From contig NC_010655.1 of assembly GCF_000020225.1 (NCBI RefSeq), forward strand, positions 1 through 32,000: a DNA stretch of 32,000 nucleotides. Direction: 5' to 3'. Made by a program: the position numbers and the translations under genes. Positions 8,914-21,345 of the stretch are shown here, piece after piece. This stretch comes from Akkermansia muciniphila ATCC BAA-835. GTDB taxonomy: Bacteria; Verrucomicrobiota; Verrucomicrobiia; Verrucomicrobiales; Akkermansiaceae. The notes under the pieces are model-generated. The model was not told the DNA's origin. It did not search any database and saw nothing but the letters and a program-made list of their open reading frames with translations. Every line of letters begins with the position of its first letter. Position 1 is the first letter of the stretch.

Positions 8914-9693
8914 ATGAGCAAGATTGAGCTGCACACCGCCATCTCCTTTCTGGACGGAATCCTCTCCGTGAATTCCATTCCGGACGCCCCCCGCGCCCTG
9001 AACGGCCTTCAACTGGAAAACGGGGGCACCGTTTCCAAGGTGGCCGCCGCCGTGGACGGCTCAGAAAAGGCCATTCATGCGGCCTTGGAAACAGGTGCGG
9101 ACCTGCTCCTTCTTCACCACGGCATTTTCTGGCAGCCCATGCAGCCCATTACCGGCATCGCCTACCGGAAGCTGAAAGCCGCCATGGACGGGAACCTGGC
9201 GATTTACGCCGCCCACCTTCCTCTGGACGTCCACCCCGCATACGGCAACAATGCCCTGCTGGCGAAGGCCTGCGGCCTCCGGCCATGTTCCCATGATGGG
9301 CTGGACTACCACGGCGTTTCCCTCGGTACGCACGGAGAATTTCCAGGTACATGCGCGGAATTGGAGCAAAAACTGGAAACCGTCCTCGGCGCGCCCGTGC
9401 AGGCCTTCTGGAAAGATTCCCCGGAGGCTCCGGCCGGAGATATCTTCATCTGTACCGGAGGCGCGGGAGACGATCTTGCCCAGGCAGCGGCCCTCGGCTG
9501 CCGCACCTACGTGACCGGGGAAGGCTCCCACTGGAACATCCCCCTGGCCCAGGAACTGGGCGTCAATCTGGTCTTCGGCGGCCACTACTTTACGGAGACG
9601 TTCGGCGTAAAGGCCCTGGGGCTTCTTCTCAAGGATGTTTACGGGCTGGATTATACCTTTATTGACCTGCCGCCCTCCGCCTACAGCCATTGA
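8914..9693 (+). CDS. Nif3-like dinuclear metal-centre protein (DUF34 / GTP cyclohydrolase 1 type 2 homolog)
   Basis: 259 aa with family-typical motifs LLLHHGIFW, AAHLPLD and GGHYFTETFG. Confidence 0.88.
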   Translation: MSKIELHTAISFLDGILSVNSIPDAPRALNGLQLENGGTVSKVAAAVDGSEKAIHAALETGADLLLLHHGIFWQPMQPITGIAYRKLKAAMDGNLAIYAAHLPLDVHPAYGNNALLAKACGLRPCSHDGLDYHGVSLGTHGEFPGTCAELEQKLETVLGAPVQAFWKDSPEAPAGDIFICTGGAGDDLAQAAALGCRTYVTGEGSHWNIPLAQELGVNLVFGGHYFTETFGVKALGLLLKDVYGLDYTFIDLPPSAYSH

Positions 9694-9709
9694 CCAAACG
9701 CCACGGAAC

Positions 9710-10681
9710 ATGAATCTGACTACGGACGACGCCGACGGGAAAATCCGCCTGGATCAATACCTTGCCGCCCACCTTCCGGAGCTTTCCCGCTCCAGGATCC
9801 AGAGCCTGATCAAAAGCGGTGACGTGTTGGTCAACGGCTCTCCCGCCAAGCCTAAAAACCCCGTCTCCCGCGGTGATTCCATCACCGTCCGCATTCCGGA
9901 ACCGGAACCGGCGGAAGCCCAGCCTCAGGATATCCCCCTGGACATCCTGTATGAAGATGAAGACGTGGTAGTCATCAACAAGGAAAGCGGCATGGTCGTG
10001 CATCCCGCGGCCGGCAACCCGGACGGCACCATCGTAAACGCCCTGCTCCACCACTGCGGGGACCTCTCCGGCATCGGCGGAGTGGAACGCCCGGGCATCG
10101 TCCACCGCCTGGACAAGGACACCTCCGGCTGCCTGGTCATCGCAAAAAATGACGGCGCCCACCAGTCCCTGACGGCGCAGTTCGCGGCCCGAAGCACGGA
10201 AAAGCGTTATCTGGCCGTCGTCCAGGGTATTCCTTCCCAAAGTTCCGGCACGGTCTTCACCCATATCGGCCGCCATCCCGTCAATCGCCTGAAAATGGCA
10301 GTAGTCAATCCCGGTTCCGGGAAAGCCGCCATTACGGACTACGATTTGCTCTGCGCAGACCCGTCCACGGACTCCTCCCTGGTTCTGTGCACGCTGCACA
10401 CGGGCAGAACCCACCAGATACGCGTGCACATGCTCTATCTGGGCCATCCGCTCATCGGGGATCCCATTTACGCCAAACCCGCCCGGCAAAAGGCAAAACC
10501 CGGCAGGCTCATGCTCCACGCGTGGCGGCTGGGCTTCGACCACCCGCGCACGGGAAAGCGCATGGATTTCGAAGCGCCCGTCCCGCCGGAATACACGCCG
10601 TGGCTCCAGCTCTTCCCCAACGGGCTTTACGGGGCCATCCCGGAGCTGCGCCCGGTACAGGAAGACGGAGGACGGAACTAA
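9710..10681 (+). CDS. rluD: RluA-family 23S rRNA pseudouridine synthase (RluD-like)
   Basis: The start was moved to the ATG at 9710 (MNLTTDD...), avoiding overlap with the NIF3 gene. It has an N-terminal S4 domain (RLDQYLA...SRSRIQSLIKSGDVLVNG) and the catalytic motif HRLDKDTSG. Confidence 0.92.
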   Translation: MNLTTDDADGKIRLDQYLAAHLPELSRSRIQSLIKSGDVLVNGSPAKPKNPVSRGDSITVRIPEPEPAEAQPQDIPLDILYEDEDVVVINKESGMVVHPAAGNPDGTIVNALLHHCGDLSGIGGVERPGIVHRLDKDTSGCLVIAKNDGAHQSLTAQFAARSTEKRYLAVVQGIPSQSSGTVFTHIGRHPVNRLKMAVVNPGSGKAAITDYDLLCADPSTDSSLVLCTLHTGRTHQIRVHMLYLGHPLIGDPIYAKPARQKAKPGRLMLHAWRLGFDHPRTGKRMDFEAPVPPEYTPWLQLFPNGLYGAIPELRPVQEDGGRN

Positions 10682-11053
10682 ACCTCCCCGCCATTTCCCG
10701 GCAGCGGAAGCCGCTTCAACGGACAGAATACGGGAAAGCGCCATATTCAAATCCCAGAGCCGGCCCGGCCTTCGTCAGCAATCCGCCGTCATCCGGCGCC
10801 CCCATCCTTGCGGACAAAGATGCGGCAATAGACCCGTCGTTCACCTTCTTACGCCCCCTTTCCGGCAGGAGCGTCTACGGTCACAGTCAGCCGGGAACAA
10901 TATTCTTTTCATCAATCAAGGAGAAATGAACCTGCCCGGCATCTTCCGCGCATGCAAGAAGAATCCGCGGCGGAGACCTCCCCTTTAATCTTGATTTGCC
11001 CCCCCGGAACCGCTACCCTGACACGGCTTTAACCACACAGCTTTCACAGAGAC

Positions 11054-12211
11054 ATGGAGACCACGCACCACGGGGAGGACGCCTCTCCGGACAATCCCCC
11101 CAGGCAGCAAAAAAGCGGAAACACGGATGAACAGACCATCGCCCTGACAAAGGCGCGTCTGGCCATTGACGAGGTGGACGCCCGGATTGTAGAGCTGTTA
11201 AAAAAACGCGCCGAATGGGTGCATGAAGTCGGCCGCATTAAAAAGGAAAAAAATTCCCCCATCTTCGTTCCCGAACGGGAAACGGCCCTGCTCAACAAAT
11301 TGAACCGCCTGAATGCGGGCGTGCTGCCGGAAGCCTCCCTCCAGGCTATTTACCGTGAAATCATTTCCTGCTCCTTCTTTCTGGAAGGCGGCCTGACCAT
11401 TGCCTACCTGGGCCCCAAAGGAACCTGGAGCCACCAGGCGGCCCTCAAGCAGTTCGGAAAAAGTTGCGAACTCATTCCGTGCCAGAGCTTCAAGGACGTA
11501 TTTGACATGGTGGACCGGGGGAAGGCCCAGTACGGCGTAGTTCCCGTGGAAAACTCTTCGGAAGGTTCCGTCACCGCCGTGATGGATCTTTTCGTCACCT
11601 CTCCCCTCAAAATCTGCGCCCAAATCAATCTGAACATCCGCAACAGCCTGATGGCGGATATTCCGCGGGAACACATCCGCATCCTGTATTCCCACCCCCA
11701 GGTTCTCGGCCAGACGCGGAACTGGATCCAGCGGCATTTCCCAAACGCGGAACTCGTGGAAACGTCCTCCACCACGAAAGCCAGCATTCTTGCCAAGGAG
11801 AACGCCGCCATGGGCGCGGCATCCCTCGGCTGTCCGCTGGCCGCGGAATTGTTCGGCCTGAACATCCTGGAAGAAGACGTGCAGGACCAGTCCTGCAACA
11901 CCACCCGTTTTGCCGTCATCGGACGCCAGGAAACGCAGCCCAGCGGCAGGGACCGCACCTCCCTGCTCATCCGCATCCAGCATAAACCCGGCACCCTGGC
12001 GGAAGTAGTCAACTGCTTCCAGCGGCACAACAATAACCTGATACGCATTGAATCCCGCCCGTCCAAAGTCATCAACTGGGAATACGTCTTTTACATAGAT
12101 GCCGCCGGCCACATTCAGGAATCCCCCTTACGGGAAACCCTTCCGGAGCTGGAGCAGCACTGCTCCATGCTGAAGATTCTGGGCAGCTACGCGGATACGG
12201 ACGTCATTTAA
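11054..12211 (+). CDS. pheA: Bifunctional chorismate mutase / prephenate dehydratase (P-protein)
   Basis: 385 aa. Chorismate mutase helix region (IDEVDARIVELLKKRAEWVHEVGRIKK), prephenate dehydratase domain (IAYLGPKGTWSHQAA...TTRF) and a C-terminal ACT domain (ESRPSK). Confidence 0.93.
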   Translation: METTHHGEDASPDNPPRQQKSGNTDEQTIALTKARLAIDEVDARIVELLKKRAEWVHEVGRIKKEKNSPIFVPERETALLNKLNRLNAGVLPEASLQAIYREIISCSFFLEGGLTIAYLGPKGTWSHQAALKQFGKSCELIPCQSFKDVFDMVDRGKAQYGVVPVENSSEGSVTAVMDLFVTSPLKICAQINLNIRNSLMADIPREHIRILYSHPQVLGQTRNWIQRHFPNAELVETSSTTKASILAKENAAMGAASLGCPLAAELFGLNILEEDVQDQSCNTTRFAVIGRQETQPSGRDRTSLLIRIQHKPGTLAEVVNCFQRHNNNLIRIESRPSKVINWEYVFYIDAAGHIQESPLRETLPELEQHCSMLKILGSYADTDVI

Positions 12212-12256
12212 GCAGGTTCAGCCTTCCCCCCCAGCCTCACACCATTCTGAACAACC

Positions 12257-13873
12257 ATGAACATAGCCACGATTGCCGCCCTGGCCGTCACTCTGGGACT
12301 TCCCGCCCCGGCCCAGCAGTCCGCCACTAAAATCATTACGGAAAACGGACAGCCTGCGCTGGCCCTGGACGAACAGTTCGCAGCCCGGCTGCGCGACGGC
12401 GGAATGAAGCAGGGCTCCCCGGCCACCGTTCCCGCGGAATTTTCGGCAGCAGCGCCCGGCCTCCCCCTCCCTGCGGATGCCAACCATGCCGCTGTCAGGG
12501 AAACGGCGGGGGAACGCAATCGGCGCATGGAATGGTGGAGGGATGCCAAATTCGGCATGTTCATCCATTACGGCCTGTATTCCGGATTGGCCGGGGAATG
12601 GAAAGGCAGGCCCGGAGGTTCCGAATGGATTCAAAAAAACGTGGAAGTGGATACGGATACCTACGCCGCGGAAGCTCTGCCCCTGTTCAAGCCCAGGGAA
12701 GGCCTGACGGAAGAATGGGCCCAGCTCGCCCGGGATGCAGGCTGCCAATATGTAGTGCTCACCAGCAAGCACCATGAAGGCTTCGGCCTGTTTGACAGCG
12801 CCTTGACGGATTACGACGCCAAAAGCGCCGTGAACCGGGATATCATCCGCGAATATGTGGACTCCTGCCGCAAGCGCGGCCTGAAAGTGGGCCTCTACCA
12901 CTCCGTTATTGACTGGCATCACCCGTCCTATGACAACACCATCTGCCCGGACCTCTGCTACCCTGCGGGACAGGCGGCAATGCTTAACAGGAAAAACATT
13001 CCCCGCGACCACGCCGCCTACCAGAAATACCTGCACGCCCAGGTCCGGGAGCTGATGACCCGTTACGCGCCCATCGACATCATGTGGTGGGATTACTCCC
13101 AGGGAGCCATGGAGGGGGCCAAAGGCTGGAAGGCGCCGGAACTGATGGACATGGTGCGCTCCATCAATCCCGGCGTCATCATGAACAACCGCCTGTACGC
13201 TTATTCCGGCCTGAACAAAAACCAGGCCGGCACGCTGGACCTGCGCTGCGGGGACTATATTACCCCGGAACGCTTCATCCCCCGGCGCGGATATCCCGGC
13301 GTGGACTGGGAATCCTGCATGACGGTAAGCGACAAATGGGGCTACAACCGCTACGACACCAACATCAAATCTCCGGAAACCATCATTGAAAAACTGGTGG
13401 AATGCGTTACCAAGGGAGGCAATCTTCTGCTGAACGTCAATCCCATGGCGGACGGCACCATTCCGGAAAAAGTGGCCGCCACCATGCGCGGCGTAGGCCG
13501 ATGGCTCAACATCAACGGTGAAGCCGTGTACGGAACACGGGCATTCATGCAGCTGGACCAGCCTGCCACCATCAATCGGCAGGGGGATATCTTCATCTTC
13601 CTGATTCCCCCGCCGGACAAGGAGCCGGCCCAGCCGCCCAGTGAAGGAACCATGAAAGAATTGACGGCGGGAGCGGAACACGCCCGCATGCAGCCGCTGG
13701 ATGCCACCGGCTACGAAAATGACGGGGGAACAGCCGTCACCCTGCCCGCCGGCTATTCCAAAGCATTGCTTCTGGGAGACAACACCGCCCTTCCCGTCGT
13801 CAACGGAACGGTCCTGTTCAAGGCTCATGAACATTCCAAAACTCCCTGTTCCGTCATCAAACTGAGCAAATAG
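12257..13873 (+). CDS. Secreted GH29 alpha-L-fucosidase
   Basis: 538 aa with a signal peptide (MNIATIAALAVTLGLPAPAQQ). GH29 hallmark blocks are present: WWRDAKFGMFIHYGLYS and SKHHEGFGLFDS. Confidence 0.92.
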   Translation: MNIATIAALAVTLGLPAPAQQSATKIITENGQPALALDEQFAARLRDGGMKQGSPATVPAEFSAAAPGLPLPADANHAAVRETAGERNRRMEWWRDAKFGMFIHYGLYSGLAGEWKGRPGGSEWIQKNVEVDTDTYAAEALPLFKPREGLTEEWAQLARDAGCQYVVLTSKHHEGFGLFDSALTDYDAKSAVNRDIIREYVDSCRKRGLKVGLYHSVIDWHHPSYDNTICPDLCYPAGQAAMLNRKNIPRDHAAYQKYLHAQVRELMTRYAPIDIMWWDYSQGAMEGAKGWKAPELMDMVRSINPGVIMNNRLYAYSGLNKNQAGTLDLRCGDYITPERFIPRRGYPGVDWESCMTVSDKWGYNRYDTNIKSPETIIEKLVECVTKGGNLLLNVNPMADGTIPEKVAATMRGVGRWLNINGEAVYGTRAFMQLDQPATINRQGDIFIFLIPPPDKEPAQPPSEGTMKELTAGAEHARMQPLDATGYENDGGTAVTLPAGYSKALLLGDNTALPVVNGTVLFKAHEHSKTPCSVIKLSK

Positions 13874-16282
<2,409 letters not shown>

Positions 16283-16459
16283 TTGCCGCAAAACAGCGGA
16301 AACGGGAAGCAGGAACTGAAACGCACGCATCATGCGCCCGGCTGCCCGTATCTTCGTATTCCCTTCGCTTTTTTCCGTGCGCCGTTTTCCGGAAATTTCA
16401 TTCCCGAATCCAGCAAAAAAGCTTGCTACGGGCAGCCATCTGTCCCCTAATAAACCGGT

Positions 16460-17068
16460 ATGCTGAACCTGCCCAATGCCATTACCCTGACGCGTATTGC
16501 CCTGGTAGTCGTCTTTACGGCAGCAGTCAGCGTCGCGGACCGGTATTCCTGGGGATACCTGGCTGCGCTGGTCACGTTCATTCTGGCTGCCTGCACGGAC
16601 TGGCTGGACGGCTACCTGGCCCGCCGCCTGAATCAGGTCACCACCTTCGGCAAGCTGATTGACCCCCTGGCGGATAAAATAGCCGTCTCCGCTGCCTTCA
16701 TTTACCTGACGGGCGAAGGGCTCTGCCCCGCCTGGATTACCATTCTCATCATCAGCAGGGAATTCTTGGTCACCGGACTGCGCCAGATTGCGCAGGATCA
16801 TGGCGTCATCATCCCTGCGGGAACGTCCGGCAAATGGAAAACCGCCTTCCAGCTGGCCTTCTGCATCGCCTGCCTGCTGGCCCTGACATGGACGCATACG
16901 CCGGAATACCTGCCTTCCATCACGGACCGGCTGGCCGCGCTCTGCCTGTGGCACGGTTCCGGCGCTTCCAACTTGCTGTACCAGGTTACACTGTGGGGTT
17001 CCGTCATCCTGACCGTTTATTCCGGAGCCGTTTACTGCGCGGGCGCCCGCAAATTCCTGCAGCGTTGA
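16460..17068 (+). CDS. pgsA: CDP-diacylglycerol--glycerol-3-phosphate 3-phosphatidyltransferase
   Basis: 202 aa. CDP-alcohol phosphatidyltransferase motif DWLDGYLARRLNQVTTFGKLIDPLADK, in a multi-transmembrane protein. Confidence 0.92.
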   Translation: MLNLPNAITLTRIALVVVFTAAVSVADRYSWGYLAALVTFILAACTDWLDGYLARRLNQVTTFGKLIDPLADKIAVSAAFIYLTGEGLCPAWITILIISREFLVTGLRQIAQDHGVIIPAGTSGKWKTAFQLAFCIACLLALTWTHTPEYLPSITDRLAALCLWHGSGASNLLYQVTLWGSVILTVYSGAVYCAGARKFLQR

Positions 17069-17294
17069 AAATTGCCTTTTCCCCCATCCGTCCGGAGACA
17101 GAGGCAACATTGTTCATTCTCCGGGACATTTCATATACCGGGAGCATGATTTCATTCCGCCGGGTTCCTGTATGAAAGAATGCATGCGGAATCTTCCGCT
17201 GTCGCCCTTCCTGCACATGCTGAAGCCTTGGAACGTTCAAGCTGTCCATCCTCTCTTCCGGAAGATGAACGCCTCCACGGCTCTCAAGCCCGCC

Positions 17295-18533
17295 TTACCT
17301 GTCCTTGACATTGCGTTCCGCAAAAACATTTAAAGGATCATCATGTTTGCCCGAAGGTTTGGCATTAATATAATGCCCCCTCTTTTCCACGCCATCCCAC
17401 AGCGTTTCCAAATCCATAAGAAAGCCGTTCCTATCGTATCTCCCCAAAGCAACAGCTATGCTGTATACTGAATTAAAAACAAGCCTGTCATTATTTCTCG
17501 GATAAGCAAAAACATCTTTAGACCCCCTGTTTTTGGGAACTGTGGCAAAAAACAGGAATGAGCCTTCTTCGGAATTTCTGATTGTTATTTTTCCATTTTC
17601 ATCAACCAAAATTTTTAAAGTATAGAAAATTCCTTTCTTCGTATCGTGAGCACATAAATGCAGCCATTCCTCTCTATTCATTCTGTCTATGACGAACCTG
17701 CCGTCATCAGATGAATTCACGCAAGCTTCCAACCGGTACAAATAATCGTTGCTGTCTTCCGTATACCAAGCTTTATAGTTTTCAGCATTGCGCTTTTTCT
17801 TATTAATCAGAATACCGAATTCCACCATCTTTTCCTTATTTTTTGCATACAGAGTATCTTGCTGTTTAAGTCGGATAAGATCTCCTTCTATGACAAAATT
17901 TATTTTCTGATCCACCCATTCCCAACGAGGTTCATTACCATAGGAAGGAGTAAATAAATGTTTTCCCGTAAAAAGATTTACGCGCTCAGAAATTCGTTTT
18001 TTCCTACCGTGAACGCTTTTTAAATATTTCATATTGAACAAACCATCTTCCTTAATAAAATCTTTCGGATACCCGAATTCATGTTTTTTCATTTCTTCAT
18101 AAAGAGCATCAATCAGATTCTGGTAATATTCCACACCTTCTTCTCCATCAAGGCGTTTTTGTTTCGCTTCAGCAAGAAATCCGACAAATGGATGCTCCTT
18201 GCCATTCCTGCCGGAATCCGGAAAGCCAGCTTCCCCGCCCCGGTTTTCCTCCCGCGTCAGATGCTCCAATAACCGCTGATCAGCTTCTGAAAGTTTTTCC
18301 AGTAAAATGGTTTTTATTTTTCCACCATTTGCAAGCAACCGGATTTTGTTGCCATCTCTTCCCTCATACGCTGCCTTTAATTGATGGCCTGTCACCGCCG
18401 TCCAAATCCGGGGTTTGCTCAAATCCATCCCCTCTTCCGGCTGAAGCCCCGCAAAAAGAGGGCTGCCGCAACATACGGACAACACGACAAGAAAAATGCC
18501 AATTCCATTCTTTACCTTTGTTTTAAGGGACAT
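17295..18533 (-). CDS. Hypothetical secreted or membrane-anchored protein: N-terminal SHD1-like domain plus an unrecognised C-terminal region of about 300 aa
   Basis: 412-aa ORF in a strongly AT-rich block. It has a hydrophobic signal (IGIFLVVLSVCCGSPLFAG). The segment RIWTAVTGHQLKAAYEGRDGNKIRLLANGGKIKTILLEKLSEADQ matches the SLA1-homology-1 (SHD1) pattern R.WT..TG....A......G.I.L......I.....KLS..D. I recognise no motif in the remainder. Confidence 0.75.
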   Translation of the reverse strand: MSLKTKVKNGIGIFLVVLSVCCGSPLFAGLQPEEGMDLSKPRIWTAVTGHQLKAAYEGRDGNKIRLLANGGKIKTILLEKLSEADQRLLEHLTREENRGGEAGFPDSGRNGKEHPFVGFLAEAKQKRLDGEEGVEYYQNLIDALYEEMKKHEFGYPKDFIKEDGLFNMKYLKSVHGRKKRISERVNLFTGKHLFTPSYGNEPRWEWVDQKINFVIEGDLIRLKQQDTLYAKNKEKMVEFGILINKKKRNAENYKAWYTEDSNDYLYRLEACVNSSDDGRFVIDRMNREEWLHLCAHDTKKGIFYTLKILVDENGKITIRNSEEGSFLFFATVPKNRGSKDVFAYPRNNDRLVFNSVYSIAVALGRYDRNGFLMDLETLWDGVEKRGHYINAKPSGKHDDPLNVFAERNVKDR

Positions 18534-18861
18534 AACTAATTCAACATCGTCTATTCAAAGGAAAGTATACGGATGAGGAATCCGCTGATTGGGACATGCG
18601 GCCTCTAACATGTCGGCCGGCTCCCTGATGCAGATAAAACCTGTACCGGAACAGGAAAAGAGCCTCTTGGGTATTCCTCCCCTAAATTGTCCGCCAGAAA
18701 TTAATCAGTCATTCATATTCAGAATTTAGGGTTGACGGCGGATTCCTCACCCGCTTCATCCGGTAATTTATTCATATTCAATTTCTATAAAAAAATCATG
18801 ACAAGAACTGTTTTTGAAGCGGAGATACGGAATACTAACAGGACAAACGTTTTTATTTTCC

Positions 18862-18890
18862 TTGACAGGAGATTTTCGCCGTGTTTTGAT
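18862..18890 (+). promoter_or_regulatory. Putative sigma70-type promoter giving a long (about 175-nt) leader for the DEAD-box helicase gene
   Basis: Perfect TTGACA (18862-18867), a 17-nt spacer, then TTTGAT (18885-18890). Hexamer match only. Confidence 0.35.
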
Positions 18891-19073
18891 AAGTTCGTTC
18901 CCGCTGAATGGTGTTTGGTTGTTGATTGTTGATAGTCATTTGCGGTTGGCGGAATACGGGCGTCTCCGTATTGATCTTTTCAGTATCGCTCCTGCGGACT
19001 TTTTTGTTCCGTTATTGCCGTGATTCCGTCAGTTCATTGCAGCCGAGGCGCATTCACAGACACATCCACAGAC

Positions 19074-20345
19074 ATGGTATCAACTACATTCAGGGAGCTT
19101 GGCTTGTCGGCTCCCATTCTCCGCCAACTGGAGAATCTGGAGTACAAGACCCCCACTCCCATCCAGGCAGCCTGCATCCCCCTGTTGCTGCAGAACAAGG
19201 ACCTGATGGGGCTGGCGCAAACCGGAACCGGAAAAACGGCCGCGTTCGCCCTGCCCCTTATTCAACAGCTTTCAGAACGTTCCGGAAAGCCGCCGGGCCG
19301 CCGGGTAAGGGCGCTTATTCTGAGTCCCACCCGGGAACTGGCTGCGCAAATTCATGAAAATATCCGCGCCTACGCCAGAGGGCTGCATCTGTCCACCGCC
19401 GTCATTTTCGGAGGCGTGGGGTATGCTTCCCAGTTCAAGGAACTGGCCGGAGGCCTGGATATTCTGGTAGCCACGCCCGGCAGACTGATCGACCATCTGG
19501 AACGCCGGACCGTCAGTCTGGACGGCGTGGAAACCCTGATTCTGGATGAGGCGGACCATATGCTGGATATGGGATTCGCCCCAGCCCTGAAAAAAATCGT
19601 CTCCAAAATCCCGAGGAAACGCCACACGCAGATGTTTTCCGCCACCATGCCGGACAATATCCGGCAACTGGCCCAGACCCTGCTTCAGAAACCGGAAACG
19701 GTGAGAGTCTCCCCTCCCTCCTCCACGGCGGACAGGGTAGAACAGTTCCTTTGCATGGTCGGCTCCCAGTCGGAAAAAAGGCTCCTTACCCTGGAACTGC
19801 TGAAACAGCAGGAGCTCCCTGGCCGCACGCTTATCTTTACCCGGACCAGGCATGGAGCAGACCGCCTGGCCTCCTTCCTGTCCGGAAAGGATTATCCGGC
19901 TTCCGCCATTCACGGGGACAAAAGCCAGGGCAGGCGCGAACGCATGCTCCGTGAATTCCGTTCCGGGAAAACGCCTGTCCTCGTCGCCACGGACATCGCC
20001 GCCCGCGGCATTGACGTAAAAGACGTGCGGCTTGTCATCAATTATGATTTGCCGGAAGAACCGGAGGTCTATGTGCACCGCATCGGCCGCACGGCGCGCG
20101 CCGGAGCCGCCGGGCAAGCCATCGCTCTCTGTTCCCCGGAGGAAATCAGGAAAGCCAGGAATGTGCACAAGCTGTTGGGACGCCTCCTTCCCGTACACGC
20201 TTCCAGCGCCTCCGTCCCGGCTGAATTGCGCGCAGTCCCAGAAGCGCGCAGGAAAAGGAGCAGCCCCATGCAGGAAAAACGTTCCGCTCCCCGCAGGGAG
20301 CCGCGGAAAGGGTACGGAAGGAACGGCAGCCGTGCGGAAGCATGA
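19074..20345 (+). CDS. rhlE: DEAD-box ATP-dependent RNA helicase (RhlE-like)
   Basis: The start was moved from the GTG at 19020 to the ATG at 19074 (MVSTTFRELGL...). Motifs present: Q motif TPTPIQ, motif I AQTGTGKT, PTRELA, DEAD (LDEADHMLD), SAT, ARGID and HRIGRTARAG, plus a basic C-terminal tail. Confidence 0.94.
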   Translation: MVSTTFRELGLSAPILRQLENLEYKTPTPIQAACIPLLLQNKDLMGLAQTGTGKTAAFALPLIQQLSERSGKPPGRRVRALILSPTRELAAQIHENIRAYARGLHLSTAVIFGGVGYASQFKELAGGLDILVATPGRLIDHLERRTVSLDGVETLILDEADHMLDMGFAPALKKIVSKIPRKRHTQMFSATMPDNIRQLAQTLLQKPETVRVSPPSSTADRVEQFLCMVGSQSEKRLLTLELLKQQELPGRTLIFTRTRHGADRLASFLSGKDYPASAIHGDKSQGRRERMLREFRSGKTPVLVATDIAARGIDVKDVRLVINYDLPEEPEVYVHRIGRTARAGAAGQAIALCSPEEIRKARNVHKLLGRLLPVHASSASVPAELRAVPEARRKRSSPMQEKRSAPRREPRKGYGRNGSRAEA

Positions 20346-20456
20346 TTTTAATCATTCAAAAAACTTTTGAACGGAATTGAAGTCAGCGCGGTCTCACTTG
20401 CTGCAAACGGTTCTCCTAATCGTTCCAGCCGGGAAGCTTCAACCGGAGTTTCAATC

Positions 20457-21065
20457 ATGAAAATAACCTCGTTCATCATCAGGACACTATGCGCGGGCAC
20501 CGTCGGTTCCCTCGCCTGCCAGGCCGCCATGCAGGCTTACGCGGATGACGTTCCCTCCACCTTCGTGGAAGGAAATTATTCCCCGGAAGTAGCCCGCTAC
20601 GTGCAGAGCATCGCAGGCGTGGCGCTGGCCTCGGGCATTCATGATTATGACGAAAACGCCACCAGCAGTTATCAGGTTCTGGCTCAGGTCCTTAACAGCG
20701 GCAATGTAACGGAATTGCCGGAAGATCTGAAACGGGCCATTGGAATGCTGATCGGCTACGTCCCCGACCCGAATGAAATCATCCAGCCGATCATGTCCAG
20801 AAAACAGATTGAGAGGATGAGAAAGATGGCGGACCGCATCAAGAACCTGATGGAGGAAAAATACGGAGTGGACCTGGAAGACTGCACGAACATCATGAAG
20901 CGCACTCTGGCCCCGTCCATCTCGGACATCCTCCGCTCCTGCGGCATGGAAGGCACCCAGCTGCCCTCCACCACCGCTTTCCGCCCCAGGCTGGGCAAGG
21001 CTCTGAATGAAGCCTATGCCAGGCTTGCGGCGCCAAAACTTCCCGCCGCCGGCATGGCGCAATAA
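20457..21065 (+). CDS. Hypothetical secreted protein
   Basis: The start was moved from the TTG at 20367 to the ATG at 20457, which exposes a signal peptide (MKITSFIIRTLCAGTVGSLACQAAMQAYA). 202 aa with no recognisable domain. Coding is supported mainly by ORF length and normal amino-acid composition. Confidence 0.6.
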   Translation: MKITSFIIRTLCAGTVGSLACQAAMQAYADDVPSTFVEGNYSPEVARYVQSIAGVALASGIHDYDENATSSYQVLAQVLNSGNVTELPEDLKRAIGMLIGYVPDPNEIIQPIMSRKQIERMRKMADRIKNLMEEKYGVDLEDCTNIMKRTLAPSISDILRSCGMEGTQLPSTTAFRPRLGKALNEAYARLAAPKLPAAGMAQ

Positions 21066-21345
21066 CCGGACCATCTACGGATGATCGGGGAGATGATCCC
21101 GATTCCACGGCACGCGGCCCCCTGCCAGGGTCCCCTGAATAGAAGCCGCAGGAAACGGAATGATCTTCCCCGTCGCCGGGAACGGAAACGGCAGCCAAGC
21201 GCCGGCGGCAACAAACAACACCCTCCGGATGTCCTCCGATGCAGGGCCGATCCTTCGGAACGCGGAGCGGCGATACGCTCGCTCCCCTGTTTTATTCCCA
21301 AGCAACGGCATGCAACATCGGCACAACCGGATGATGCCCTTACAG

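Noticed and set aside
10926-10988. A 20-codon ORF (MNLPGIFRACKKNPRRRPPL) preceded by AAGGAG, in the 370-bp spacer upstream of pheA. Considered as a possible leader peptide or attenuator.
   Set aside because: It has only one Phe codon, so it is not a Phe-rich pheA-type leader. The SD-to-ATG spacing is only 2 nt. No alternative terminator/antiterminator hairpins follow it. The match is probably chance. The spacer itself remains unexplained.
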